From Gemmatimonadota bacterium (GTDB lineage: Bacteria; Gemmatimonadota; Gemmatimonadetes; Palauibacterales; Palauibacteraceae), in the NCBI GenBank assembly GCA_965116475.1, contig OZ220691.1:2176001-2240000 (forward strand): a stretch of DNA of 64,000 bases. The letters run 5' to 3'. The notes beneath the pieces were generated by a model that was given only the letters and a program-made list of their open reading frames with translations, ran no database searches and was not told the origin of the DNA. How positions within the stretch are numbered: position 1 is the stretch's first letter; the number at the start of each line of letters is the position of its first letter. The translations under genes and the position numbers were made by a program. Shown here in pieces: positions 48,522-58,800 of this stretch.

Positions 48522-49573
48522 ACGACGACGGTTCCGGGCGGAACGCGACGCCGTCCGGGGCGTCGCCCGGGCCCGGGCGCGCTCCGCTGCCGTTCCCGGA
48601 CCGGCCGGTCCTCTTCTTCGGCGGCAAGGGTGGGGTGGGGAAGACGACCATGGCCGCCGTGGCCGCGCTCGACATGGCCTCGCGCGGGCGCCGAACCCTC
48701 CTCGTGTCCACGGACCCGGCGCACTCCACCGGGGACGTGCTCCAGGCGAAGCTGGGGGACCGGCCGCGGCAGGTGGCCGAGGGGTGCTGGGCCATGGAGG
48801 TCGATCCGGAGCGGGAGGCGGACCGCTACATCGAGGCCGTCAAGTCGCGCGTGGAGTCGGCCGCGCCCCCGCGGCTCCTGGGCGAGGTCTACCGGCAGAT
48901 CGACATCGCGCGCGTCTCTCCCGGGGCCGTGGAGTCGGCCCTCTTCGACCGCTTCACGCAGATCCTCGACGACGAAGGGGAGGCCTACGACCGGATCGTG
49001 TTCGACACGGCGCCCACCGGCCAGACGCTGCGGCTGCTCTCGCTGCCGGAGCTGATGACGACGTGGATCGGCGGGCTCATCAAGCGCCGGCGGAAGGTGG
49101 GCGCCCTCTCACGGATGTGGAAGAACGTGGCCGGGTCCGAGGCGGCCGATCTCGATAACGATCCTCTCCTGCGGGCGCTCGAGGAACGCCGGGACCGCTT
49201 TCAGGAGGCGCGCCGCATCCTCACCGACCCCCGCCGGACGGCGTTCGTGTTCGTCGTGATCCCCGAACGCCTGCCGATCTGGGAGACGGAGAAGGCGGTC
49301 GAGGCCCTCTCGAAGCATGACGTCCCGGTGGGGGCCATCGTCGTGAACCTCGTGCTTCCGGAGCGCGGCGCCGGCGCGGCGGAGGACCCGTTCCTCGCCG
49401 CCAGGCGCGAACGCCAGGCCGCCTATCTTGCGAGGATCTCACAGTCTCTCGGAGATTGGCCTGTCCTCCGCGTCGCCCTCCAGGACGCCGATCCCGTGGG
49501 GGTGGACGCACTTGGGCGGATTCCCGTACTCGACACTGCCGTACTCGATACGACGGAGGAGGTTGTCCGATGA
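48515..49573 (+). CDS. single-domain ArsA/GET3-like ATPase
   Basis: GGKGGVGKTT, STDPAHS, SPGAVE, FDTAPTG, PERLP; start approximate. Confidence 0.9.
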   Translation: MLNDDGSGRNATPSGASPGPGRAPLPFPDRPVLFFGGKGGVGKTTMAAVAALDMASRGRRTLLVSTDPAHSTGDVLQAKLGDRPRQVAEGCWAMEVDPEREADRYIEAVKSRVESAAPPRLLGEVYRQIDIARVSPGAVESALFDRFTQILDDEGEAYDRIVFDTAPTGQTLRLLSLPELMTTWIGGLIKRRRKVGALSRMWKNVAGSEAADLDNDPLLRALEERRDRFQEARRILTDPRRTAFVFVVIPERLPIWETEKAVEALSKHDVPVGAIVVNLVLPERGAGAAEDPFLAARRERQAAYLARISQSLGDWPVLRVALQDADPVGVDALGRIPVLDTAVLDTTEEVVR

Positions 49574-51342
49574 GCGCGATCGTCCTGCTGGTGATTGGTC
49601 TGTCGGCCTTCCTCACGGGAGTCCTCCTCTACTCGCGCTTCATCGCGGGCAAGATCTTCAGGCTCGACCCCGATTTCGTCACGCCGGCGCACGAGTTCCG
49701 GGACGGCGTCGACTACGTGCCGACGAACAAGCACGTGCTGTTCGGGCACCATTTCACTTCGGTGGCGGGGGCGGCGCCGATCGTGGGCCCGGCGATCGCG
49801 GTCATCTGGGGCTGGCTGCCGGCCTTCCTGTGGGTCGTGCTCGGGACGGTGTTCGCCGGGGCGGTACACGACTTCAGCGCCCTGTGGATCTCGAACCGCC
49901 ACAAGGGCCGCTCGATCGGGACGCTGACCGAGTCGATCCTCGGCCAGCGCGCCCGCGTCCTCTTCCTCCTCATCATCTTCTTCCTGCTCCTGATGGTGAA
50001 CGCGGTGTTCGCCGTCATCATCGCGAACCTGTTCATGGCCAACCCCGGCGCCGTCGTCCCGGTATGGGGATCGCTCGTCGTGGCGCTCATCGTCGGCTTC
50101 CTCATCTACCGGACGGGGACGGGGATCCTCATCCCCTCGCTGGGGGCGCTGGCCACCCTGTACGTGCTCATCTGGTTCGGGCAGGACATGCCGTTCACCC
50201 TGCCCGACTTCATCGGATTCAGCCCGACCGAGGCGCAACTGGCCGCGGCGGGAGGGGACGCGGCCGTGGCCGGGGAGGCGGCGACTGCGGACGGGCGGCG
50301 CGTGGGGTGGATCATCATTCTCTTCGCCTACACCTTCGTGGCCTCCGTCCTGCCCGTGTGGCTGCTCCTGCAGCCGCGCGACTACGTGAACGGGCACCAG
50401 CTCTTCGTCGCGCTCGGGCTCATCAGCCTCGCAGTCATCGTCGTGAACCCGGAAGTCGTGGCCCCGCCGGTCAACACGAACCTGTCCGCGGATACGCCGA
50501 ACTGGCTGCCGATCCTCTTCATCACCATCGCGTGCGGCGCGATCAGCGGCTTCCACGGCCTCGTGGCATCCGGCACGTCATCGAAACAGCTCTCGAACGA
50601 GACGGAGGCCCGCTACGTGGGCTACGGCGGCGCCATCGGCGAGGGCTCGCTTGCCCTCACGTCGATCATCGCGTGTACGGCGGGCTTCGCCATCTACCTC
50701 AGCCGGGACGTGGGTGCTGCGCAGGGGCTCGTCCTTTGGCAGGAGCACTACGGGAGTTGGCAGGGAGCGATCAGCGGGGCCACGACCGCCTTCGTCAACG
50801 GGGTGGGCGTGCTCGCGGGCGGCCTGGGGATACCGGAGAGCGTGGCCGTGATCTTCGCGTCGGTCGTCGTGATCAGCTTCGCCGCGACGACGCTCGATAC
50901 CGCGATCCGGCTGCAGCGCTACATCATCAGCGAACTCGGCGTCGAGTACAAGGTGAAGGCGATCCAGAACCGCTGGGTCGCGACCGGCATCGCCGTCGCC
51001 AGCTGCGCGCTCCTCGCCCTCTCGGTGGACCGGGGCGCCGGCGGCATGATGATCTGGCCCCTGTTCGGCACGACGAACCAGCTCCTGGCCGGTCTCACTC
51101 TTCTGATCGTGTCACTCTACCTGATGCGGAAAGGACGCACGTATTGGGTGACGCTGGTCCCGATGTCGTTCCTGCTCCTGATGACGACGTGGGCCATGGT
51201 CATCAACCTCGGCGGCTTCTTCGGCACGAACCAGTGGATGCTGCTCGTGATCGGGGCCGCGATCTTCATCCTCGAGATCTGGCTCCTGCTGGAGGGCGCC
51301 GCCGCCATCCGGAGGGTCCGCGCGGGACGAGCTGCCACATAA
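49570..51342 (+). CDS. cstA: carbon starvation CstA family transporter
   Basis: TPAHEFRDGVDYVPT, GHHFTSVAGAAPIVGP, PVWLLLQPRDY, TIACGAISGFH, WPLFGTTNQLLA. Confidence 0.93.
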   Translation: MSAIVLLVIGLSAFLTGVLLYSRFIAGKIFRLDPDFVTPAHEFRDGVDYVPTNKHVLFGHHFTSVAGAAPIVGPAIAVIWGWLPAFLWVVLGTVFAGAVHDFSALWISNRHKGRSIGTLTESILGQRARVLFLLIIFFLLLMVNAVFAVIIANLFMANPGAVVPVWGSLVVALIVGFLIYRTGTGILIPSLGALATLYVLIWFGQDMPFTLPDFIGFSPTEAQLAAAGGDAAVAGEAATADGRRVGWIIILFAYTFVASVLPVWLLLQPRDYVNGHQLFVALGLISLAVIVVNPEVVAPPVNTNLSADTPNWLPILFITIACGAISGFHGLVASGTSSKQLSNETEARYVGYGGAIGEGSLALTSIIACTAGFAIYLSRDVGAAQGLVLWQEHYGSWQGAISGATTAFVNGVGVLAGGLGIPESVAVIFASVVVISFAATTLDTAIRLQRYIISELGVEYKVKAIQNRWVATGIAVASCALLALSVDRGAGGMMIWPLFGTTNQLLAGLTLLIVSLYLMRKGRTYWVTLVPMSFLLLMTTWAMVINLGGFFGTNQWMLLVIGAAIFILEIWLLLEGAAAIRRVRAGRAAT

Positions 51343-51393
51343 GGGACTCGGTGCTGAAGGGGGCACCGGTCTGGATGAGAGTGAGTCGGGCGC

Positions 51394-51837
51394 TCACTCC
51401 CCGGAAGGATCTGGCCCCGACCAGGGAGCGAGGAGCGGAATGGCTTGCCGCCGGTGGCGCCGGTAGACCCCGAAGTCGCGGTTGAGCGTGAACACGACGC
51501 TGCCGCGGTGAAGTTCGGACATGCGGACGAGACAGGCGTCGGCGAGCGACATGGGGACATCGCGATACTTTTCCATCAGGCCCCGGACCGGATCGATCTC
51601 CTCGGCGAGGGAAAAGGGGATGTCGAGGACGCCTCGGCGCACCAAATCCAGCACGTCCCCCTGGTTGCCGCGCCGGATTCGCCGTGCGAGAAAGCAGACC
51701 TCGGCGATCACCGCTTCGCAGATGAGGATGGGAGGCGCGAGAGCCTTCCACTGCCCAACGGCCCAATGGTGATGCGGATCATGCGAGTTCAGCGCGGCGA
51801 CCAGGGGACCCGTGTCCAGGACCACCGGTCGCATCAC
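51394..51837 (-). CDS. PIN-domain toxin (VapC-like)
   Basis: VVLDTGPLVA, EAVIAEVCFL, KYRDVPMSLADACLV, FTLNRDF; overlaps the antitoxin stop. Confidence 0.9.
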   Translation of the reverse strand: MMRPVVLDTGPLVAALNSHDPHHHWAVGQWKALAPPILICEAVIAEVCFLARRIRRGNQGDVLDLVRRGVLDIPFSLAEEIDPVRGLMEKYRDVPMSLADACLVRMSELHRGSVVFTLNRDFGVYRRHRRQAIPLLAPWSGPDPSGE

Positions 51838-52067
51838 TCCCCGAAGCCCTCCAGGTAGTTCGGATTGGTGGACAGATCCGGCGGTCCCTCCCACGTTCCG
51901 GCGAGATCGGCAATGAGATCGAATGCCGACGGGGGCGGCGTGCCTCCGCTGAGATGGCGCTCGATGGCCTCTCTCATCAACGCCGACCGGCTTACCCCCG
52001 CGTCCCGGGCGGCGGCCCTGATGCGAGCCGCCAGGTGCGCGGGCATCCTGAGTGACATGGACACCAT
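51834..52067 (-). CDS. ribbon-helix-helix (CopG) antitoxin
   Basis: MSLRMP...GVSRSALMREAIE; C-terminal GPPDLSTNPNYLEGFG. Confidence 0.85.
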   Translation of the reverse strand: MVSMSLRMPAHLAARIRAAARDAGVSRSALMREAIERHLSGGTPPPSAFDLIADLAGTWEGPPDLSTNPNYLEGFGE

Positions 52068-52093
52068 GGAATCGACCTCTTGTTGCTCCGTTG

Positions 52094-52126
52094 TGTAATA
52101 CGAAAAATTCAACTTACAGTATTACA
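52094..52126. promoter_or_regulatory. inverted repeat upstream of the TA operon (probable autorepression operator)
   Basis: TGTAATAC (52094-52101), 17 bp, GTATTACA (52119-52126); AT-rich. Confidence 0.7.
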
Positions 52127-52165
52127 TCATCCGGCGACGACCGCCAAGTCGGGTTTCGCTCGATC

Positions 52166-52708
52166 TCAACCCCGACTCTGCTTCAGGATGTCGCGGATGA
52201 TCGCTTCGTGATGGCGGTGGTGGAGGTGGAGGAAGCGTAGCCACTCGGGCGGTGTGAAGTGGCCGAGGACGTGGTGGGGAAGCGTGTGACGGCACCCGTC
52301 CAGTTCCTCCAGTCGCGGCTCGAGGCCCGCCGTCAGCGCGCGCAACGCCTCGAAACCCGCCCGCACGTCGGCAGGTGCCCCGCCGGTCGGTAGCGTGAAG
52401 TCAGGGGCCGGGCCGCGGCCGCGCGGGATCGAGCCGCGCGCCAGGAGCGACACGCCGATCTCGTGCGGGGATCGGTCCCGTGCGTCGGGATTCGGTCGGG
52501 CCAGCGCGTCGACGACCCAGCGCAGCACTTTCCGGTCGGAGAAGAGCAGGTGTTCGAGATGATCCTGCACGCTCCACGCCGAGACGTCGGATGCGGAGAC
52601 AGCCAGACGATCTGCGTCGGCGGTTCGTTCGAGGCAGAGCGCGATTCCGGCGCGAACTCCAGCCAGCGCGTCCTGCGTCGTCCAGCGGGCCGGCCGGCCT
52701 TTCGGCAA
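52166..52708 (-). CDS. DinB/DUF1572-like four-helix metalloprotein
   Basis: WSVQDHLEHL, PHHVLGHF, WLRFLHLHHRHH; TTG start assumed. Confidence 0.75.
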   Translation of the reverse strand: MPKGRPARWTTQDALAGVRAGIALCLERTADADRLAVSASDVSAWSVQDHLEHLLFSDRKVLRWVVDALARPNPDARDRSPHEIGVSLLARGSIPRGRGPAPDFTLPTGGAPADVRAGFEALRALTAGLEPRLEELDGCRHTLPHHVLGHFTPPEWLRFLHLHHRHHEAIIRDILKQSRG

Positions 52709-52713
52709 TCCGT

Positions 52714-55266
52714 CTACCAGTTCATGGCGAGGTTGAGGCTCACGCTGTTCGCCGGGCCCGAGCCCGCGCCGTAGGCGCTCCGGCCGCCCTCGACGTTCAG
52801 CCAGAGGCCCGAGCCGACGTTGAGACGCCCGCCCATGTGGTAGCCGTACAGGCTCTGCCCCGTTGCCTGGAGCGGCATCAGCGCAACCGGACCCTGGAAC
52901 GGGCCCGTGCCCAACGGCCCCGCGCCCGGTCGCTCCGACATCACGAGCCGCGCGTACGGCGTGAACACCCCCCGGCCCGCCAGCGCGTCGACGCCATATC
53001 CGACCTCGGCATCGAAACGGCGGCTGCCCGGACCGTAGCCGTATCCGTTCGGCGTCAACCCGGTCGCCCCCTGCGCCCACAGGCGGGCCAGGCCGCTCGC
53101 CGTCGACCCCCACGAGGGGCTCGCCCGGAGCGACAACCCGCGCCCGCCGCCCTGCGGATTGAGTTTGATCGACCCGCCGAGTCCCCACTCCTCGTAGTCG
53201 CTCTGCTCGTGCGTCGCGAGCGCGCGGCCGTGCACGGAGATCGTGAGGCCCCGCCGGGGGTCGAGGAAGGTCAGGGCGGCGCCGACCTCCATGCCCAGCC
53301 CGGCCTCCACATCGCCGCCATCGTGGCGCAGGCCGACGCGAAGCTGAGGCTGGAGCAACTCTCCGCCGCTGAGTGCGTATCCCCTGTGGGCTTCGAGCAT
53401 GGCCCGCACGCGACTCACGTCGGCCGCGAGTTCGCTCCGGCCCTCGACCTCGTCGGAGGTCATCTGCGCCACGAAGCCGTCCGCCCGCAGCGCGAGTTCG
53501 AAGCCGTCCGGATCGTCGGCTCCCACGAGCTCGCCGTGCGCTCCGAGGCCGACCATGCGCATCCCGATATCGCTCGTCGGGTCCTGCTCGCCGCCGCCCG
53601 AGATGTCGAGCTGGCCGAAGCCGTACCCGGCCACGCCCCAGACGGAGAGGCGGTTGCTGACTGCGAGCCGCGCGTAGGGAAACGCGCTGGTCAGGGACGT
53701 CGATACGTCGCCGATGTCGTCCTCCCCGGCGCGTCCCAATTCGAACCCGCCCGACCCCAGGCTGTGGGACACGGCGAGCCCCGCGAGCATTGATCCGAAC
53801 GCGTAGTCGGCCCCGAGGGCGGCCGTGACGACTTCGCCGTCGTGGAATCCCGCACCGTCGCCGCTCGAGAACCGCATCATCTCTCCGGCGCCCCACAGCG
53901 AGTAGCCGCCTCCGTCCCCCGCGTCCTGGCCGGAGAGCTGGAAGGAGGTCTCGCCCAGGAGCCCTCCGGCGGACGAGGGGAGGAACGCGGTCGGCGCCAT
54001 CCGGCTCGTGGGGGAGGCCGCGGGGGCCAGGGCGTTGAGGCCACCGATCAGCCCGCCCCCGGCACTCAGCCGGGCGAGGTCGATCGTGCGACCGCCGACC
54101 GTCACCTGATCGGGACTCCGGTGAGAGTGCGCCACGCGGTCGCCGATCATCGCCATCGCCTGGCTCGCCACCGAGCGGCCGAACCGTTCGAGCCAGTCCT
54201 CCGCGGCCGCCTCCGCTTCCGCGGTGGAGAAGTTCCGGTAGAACCCGGCCCCTACGATGAACTCGACGCCCTGGAAGACGGGCAGGTCGCTCTCCAGCGA
54301 GACGGCGTAACTCACCTTGGGGGTTCCGGTGTCCTCATCCCCCTGGACCGTCGGGTCGTCCCAGAAGTACTCGACGAATCCCCCGCCCCCCTGGGCGACA
54401 GCGATGACGTCCCTCACGAACATCCGCCCCTGGAAGTCGGTGTTGTCCAGCACCTGCCGCCCTTCCCGCCACGCGTCGGCGCCGTGGAAGATGACGAACC
54501 CCTGCGGAGTGAAGATGAAGAGATAGATGGGGCCGGACTTGAAGTGTCCCCCCTCTTCCCGCAGGAGGGCTTTCCATTCGTTCGCGCGCTCGAAGCCTAC
54601 CTGCCCCACGAGCTCCCTCAGCCAGACGACCGTCCCGTCCACGAACTGCCGGAGGGTCTCGCGGTCCACGACGTCGGCGGCGGAAACCTCGGGGAGCGGG
54701 ACCGGCGGCAGCGGCTGCCCCGCGCCGGACAGATCCTGGTAGTATCCCCCGACCACGACCAGATCCACTCCGGCCACCGGAGAGAAGTGCCGGAGTGCGT
54801 AGCTATCCTTGCAGCGGGCGTCGTTCGGGTCGTTCGGGTCGTCCCAGCACCACTCGACGAACCCGCCCCCGGCCGCCGCGGCGGCGAGCATCTGCTGGAC
54901 GACCGGGCTCCCGTTTTCGTCCACGACCCCGAAGACATTCGTGCCGTCCAGGTTGGGATCTTCCCCGTGGATGAACACCTGACCGTCGAGGGTCATGAAG
55001 ATCAGGTACATGTTGCCGGAGTTGTAGTCGCTGCCCTCCGTCCTGACCGCCTGGATCAGTTGCGATCCCTGGTTGACGTCCGTGATGGAGGCAGCGACGG
55101 ATGCGGCGTAGGTCACGAATCCCTGCAGCGTCTCCCGGTCCGTCACCTGTGCGGCCGTGACCTTCGGCACCTGTGCGCCGGCGGGACGCGCCTGAAGCCC
55201 GGCCACCGCCACGCCCAGCAGAGCCAGGAGCAGCACGGAAGACGTTCGGTTTCGCATGGCGCTCAT
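52714..55266 (-). CDS. secreted protein: two Cache domains + autotransporter-like beta-barrel
   Basis: Signal peptide; repeated DRETL..FV, YL.., HG, GGGFVE..WDDP, K.SYA; linker WLERFGRSVA; amphipathic strands (LGADY, FPYAR, GLRHDGGD, EEWGLGG); C-terminal Trp. Confidence 0.82.
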   Translation of the reverse strand: MSAMRNRTSSVLLLALLGVAVAGLQARPAGAQVPKVTAAQVTDRETLQGFVTYAASVAASITDVNQGSQLIQAVRTEGSDYNSGNMYLIFMTLDGQVFIHGEDPNLDGTNVFGVVDENGSPVVQQMLAAAAAGGGFVEWCWDDPNDPNDARCKDSYALRHFSPVAGVDLVVVGGYYQDLSGAGQPLPPVPLPEVSAADVVDRETLRQFVDGTVVWLRELVGQVGFERANEWKALLREEGGHFKSGPIYLFIFTPQGFVIFHGADAWREGRQVLDNTDFQGRMFVRDVIAVAQGGGGFVEYFWDDPTVQGDEDTGTPKVSYAVSLESDLPVFQGVEFIVGAGFYRNFSTAEAEAAAEDWLERFGRSVASQAMAMIGDRVAHSHRSPDQVTVGGRTIDLARLSAGGGLIGGLNALAPAASPTSRMAPTAFLPSSAGGLLGETSFQLSGQDAGDGGGYSLWGAGEMMRFSSGDGAGFHDGEVVTAALGADYAFGSMLAGLAVSHSLGSGGFELGRAGEDDIGDVSTSLTSAFPYARLAVSNRLSVWGVAGYGFGQLDISGGGEQDPTSDIGMRMVGLGAHGELVGADDPDGFELALRADGFVAQMTSDEVEGRSELAADVSRVRAMLEAHRGYALSGGELLQPQLRVGLRHDGGDVEAGLGMEVGAALTFLDPRRGLTISVHGRALATHEQSDYEEWGLGGSIKLNPQGGGRGLSLRASPSWGSTASGLARLWAQGATGLTPNGYGYGPGSRRFDAEVGYGVDALAGRGVFTPYARLVMSERPGAGPLGTGPFQGPVALMPLQATGQSLYGYHMGGRLNVGSGLWLNVEGGRSAYGAGSGPANSVSLNLAMNW

Positions 55267-55289
55267 CCTTGCCCGAGGGGGGAGGGCGA

Positions 55290-55789
55290 TCAGGGGTCGA
55301 TCTCGACCTCGATCTCCACGGCGTCCAGGTTTTCGGCGGTCAGTTCGTCGTCGCCGGTCGGCATGCCGTTGATCTTGAACATGTATGCGACGACGTCGAC
55401 GTACTGCTCGGTCGGCATCCCCCCCGGATTGTCCTCGGGCATGGTGGCCACGATCTCATCCACGAGGTCCTTCACCGAGGCCCCGACCCACGACTGGATG
55501 AACGGCCCCCCGAAATCCTCCTCGAAGTGGCATTCGGCGCAGATGTTCCAGAAGACGTCTTCGCCGCGCGTGGCCTGTTCCTCGCTGAACACGCCCTGGG
55601 TCGTGTTGGCCGGGGCGGTGGCCCCTTCGGCCTCGCCCACATCGCCGCCTTCCTCCTGGGCCGCGAGGCTGGAGGCGCCGAGGATGACCGCGATCGCCGC
55701 CAGCCAGACGGAGGCGCGGACGGCCCTCCACGGAGCGACGGCGGGAAGTCGGTTCGAGGCGTGGCTCGAGGTGTGGTTCGATATGTGCA
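55290..55789 (-). CDS. monohaem cytochrome c, exported
   Basis: GVFSEEQATRG, CAECH, TMPEDNPG (axial Met); start approximate. Confidence 0.85.
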
Positions 55790-55871
55790 TCGGGATTCCC
55801 CTGCATTCCCCTGCGTTGAACGGGTCCGAGAACGCCCCAACCTGAATTCCGAAGCGGGGCCGGAGCAAGTA

Positions 55872-58800
55872 TCAACCCTCCTCCTCCGAGTCCTCTTCAT
55901 CCTCTTCGTCCTCGGGCGGCCGCGGGCGGTTCATGCGCAGCGACACGCCGCCGAAGAAGGAGGAGCCGGAGCGCTTCACCTCGTGTTCTCCCTCGTACAG
56001 ATAGTCGAGCAGCGCCTGGTCCCACGAGAGTCCCGCCTTGGCGACCAGCTCCATCCACGGGCCGTACGCCGTCTCGTCCGGGGCTTCCGTCGTTCCGGAC
56101 CAGATCGTGATGCGGGAATCGAATCCGAACCGCGACTCGCCGCTCGATCCCCTGAGCGGCATCTCGATGAGCACGCTGTCGGTCATCGGGAGCCGGAACA
56201 CGTCCGGATCGTAGTCCGCGCCATAGCGGCGGTAGCGCTCATAGTTGCGCTGGTTCATCGCGAACACGTCGGGGTTCGAATTTATGCCGCGCGTGATGTA
56301 GTCGCGGATCTCGAACGCCGCGTCGCGGTGCCGGGGGTAGTCGGGACTGTCGACGTACCCGAACCCCGGCATGAACCAGCCCTTGTTGAGGCCCCAGTTG
56401 CGCTCGGTCACGCGCCCCCGCCGCACGAGGCCCGAGTATTCGCTGAACAGCTGCACGACCTGGTGCGAGGGGTATCCGTGCGGGTTCAGGAAGATGTCGG
56501 GCAGCCAGCGGCCCCACAGGCGGTTTCGTACCGGCGCCTCGGGGTAGATGGGGTGGTCGTCCCGCGACCCCGTCATCACGTCGATCCCCAGCGACGCCAG
56601 GTAGCCGGCGTGCAGGATGAAGTCCGGCGTGATCCGGTACAGGTCGTAGGCGAGCTGGGCGCCGTCAGGGTTCGTGAACGGGTGGATGATGACGTTCACG
56701 CCGTCGAGCTTGGCCCGCTCCGCGGGATCCGTGAGGAGGAGTTCCGCGTGCCGCAGGACGTGGCTCGTCGAGGAGACCTCGTTCGCGTGCTGCCGCGCGG
56801 AGTAGATGACTGTGGGCTTGAAGGTCGTCGCCTTGACGCGCGACCAGTGCGACGCGGCGATCGGGGGCATGAGATCCGCCGCCCAGATGTCCCGGCCCAG
56901 GTACGATTCGCCCGCCTTGTACATCGTCACTTCCTCGAAGGCTTCCGCCATCCGGGCCAGGATCCCGTGGCCTTCGGGGGGTGGCATGGGCGTCTCCCAC
57001 TGGACGAGGCGCTCGCCGCCGTAGCTCCAGCCCTCGGGCAGGAGGCGGCGCCAGTCGGGTGGCCCCGGCGGCGTTCCGTTCGCCGCGAGCCGGGCGGTGC
57101 GGCGGGACTCCGGGTCCTGTTCGTGCGTCCATTCGGCCCACACTTCCAGGGAACCGAGCCCGGTCCAGGCCAGCGACGAGGCGTAGAGGCCGGCCGCGCG
57201 CAGCGCCTCGATTTCGCGCACCGTGGCCTCGACCTGCTCGGCGGAGACCATGCTCCGGTCGACCTGCCGCGGCGAGGCGTAGGTGAGGAGGCTGTCGCGC
57301 ATGTCGGCGTCCGTGTCGACGCGGACACGGAGCCCGAGGTGCGCGATCCCCGGCTCGCCGGCGCGGACGATGGCGCGCCGGGCTGACGGGCGCTCGAGGC
57401 CGGTCTTCGGGATGTCGAGCCGCACCGTGTCCGCCGCGCCCGCCGCATCCTCGAAGGCGACGGAGACGGCGGGCCGGGAGGTGGCGAACCCCGTGAAGCT
57501 CACCCGGAGTTCCGCCGGCCGCCCGTCGCCGCGCGGCCGCATCACCGGGAGGATGCGCCCGGGGAAGGTCAGCCCCTGCCCGCGCGAGTTCCGGCCGATG
57601 AGATCGAAGAACTCGATCGTGCCGAAGTAGATCTCCTCGTGGAGGGCGTCCATCGGCGCGTGAATCTCGTTGTCGATCTCGAGCCGGTAATTGGGCTCGC
57701 TCATCTCGAGTTCGACGGTGAGCTCGCCGAAGTAGGGCGCGTCCGCGTTGCCGCCGTCGGGGATCCCGTCGTGCCGGTCCATCACGTAGTCGTAGATCGC
57801 CGGGAGAACGACGCTCTGGTAGTGGTCCCAGAAGGCCTCGGGGTCGGTGACGATGCGCTCGTCGACGAGCGTGCGGTCCCCCGCCGAGGCGTGGAGCCAG
57901 CCCGTCGTCACGCGGACGTGCTCGTAGTCCCGGAAGCGGTCGAAGTACGGCCGCATCACCCGGCGGGGCTCGAAATCGTCCGCCAGAATCCCGGCGCCGC
58001 CCGCGTCCGTGACGGTGACCTCGTAGGTCGGGCCGTCGGTCGTCTGCTCGAAGCGGATCCGCTCCAGCTCGAGGCCGAGTTCGCGGGCGAGGATCTCGTC
58101 GATGGGGAAGATCTCGTGCAGCCAGCGGACGGGCGTGTGGATCGCCTGCTGGGGCCACTCCGCCGGCGGATCGTTGCGGCGGAAGCGAATGACGATCTCG
58201 CCGATCTCATTCGGGTCCCGGCTCGCGAGCTGCGGCAGGATCACCTCTTCGAGCCACGAATACCCCTGCTTGAAGGCGGAGAGGACGCGGACCTCGACCG
58301 CGTCGGCCGGAGCCCCGGCCTCGATGAGGGCATCTCGCGCTTCGCGCTCCAGTTGTCGGCGGATCTCGGGCGGCTCGCTGAGGCGGGCCTCGATCCGGAT
58401 GGGGCCGGCGGACCCGGCGGAGGCGGCCGCCGGGAGGACGCGGGCGCGGAACAGCTCGCGGAAGTGGCCGACCTCCGACGGCAGCGCGAGCGTGTCGGCG
58501 AAGATGGTGGCCGCCCGCTGCACATCGCGGTCGTCGATCGTGACGTCGACGGCGGCGGCATCGGCGAGGCCCAGCGCCTCCGCCGCGCGGGCCCGCACGT
58601 ACGCGCCGAGGCCGGGGTCCGCCTTCTCGACGGAGAGCAGCACGTCCGCGCGGGCGATCTGCCGGTCGGCGAGCTTGGCGGCGATGCGGCCGAGCTTGTA
58701 GAGGCCGATCGCCGCCTGGCCCACGGGCGAGTGGCCGGACAGGGCGTCCCACAGGCCGCGCTCGACATCGTCGACGGTGGGGCGGTCGTCGCCGCGCTCC

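Noticed and set aside
48515..49573. Arsenic-resistance ArsA
   Set aside because: Single ATPase domain, no metalloid-binding Cys cluster, no arsR/B/C/D nearby; context is CstA
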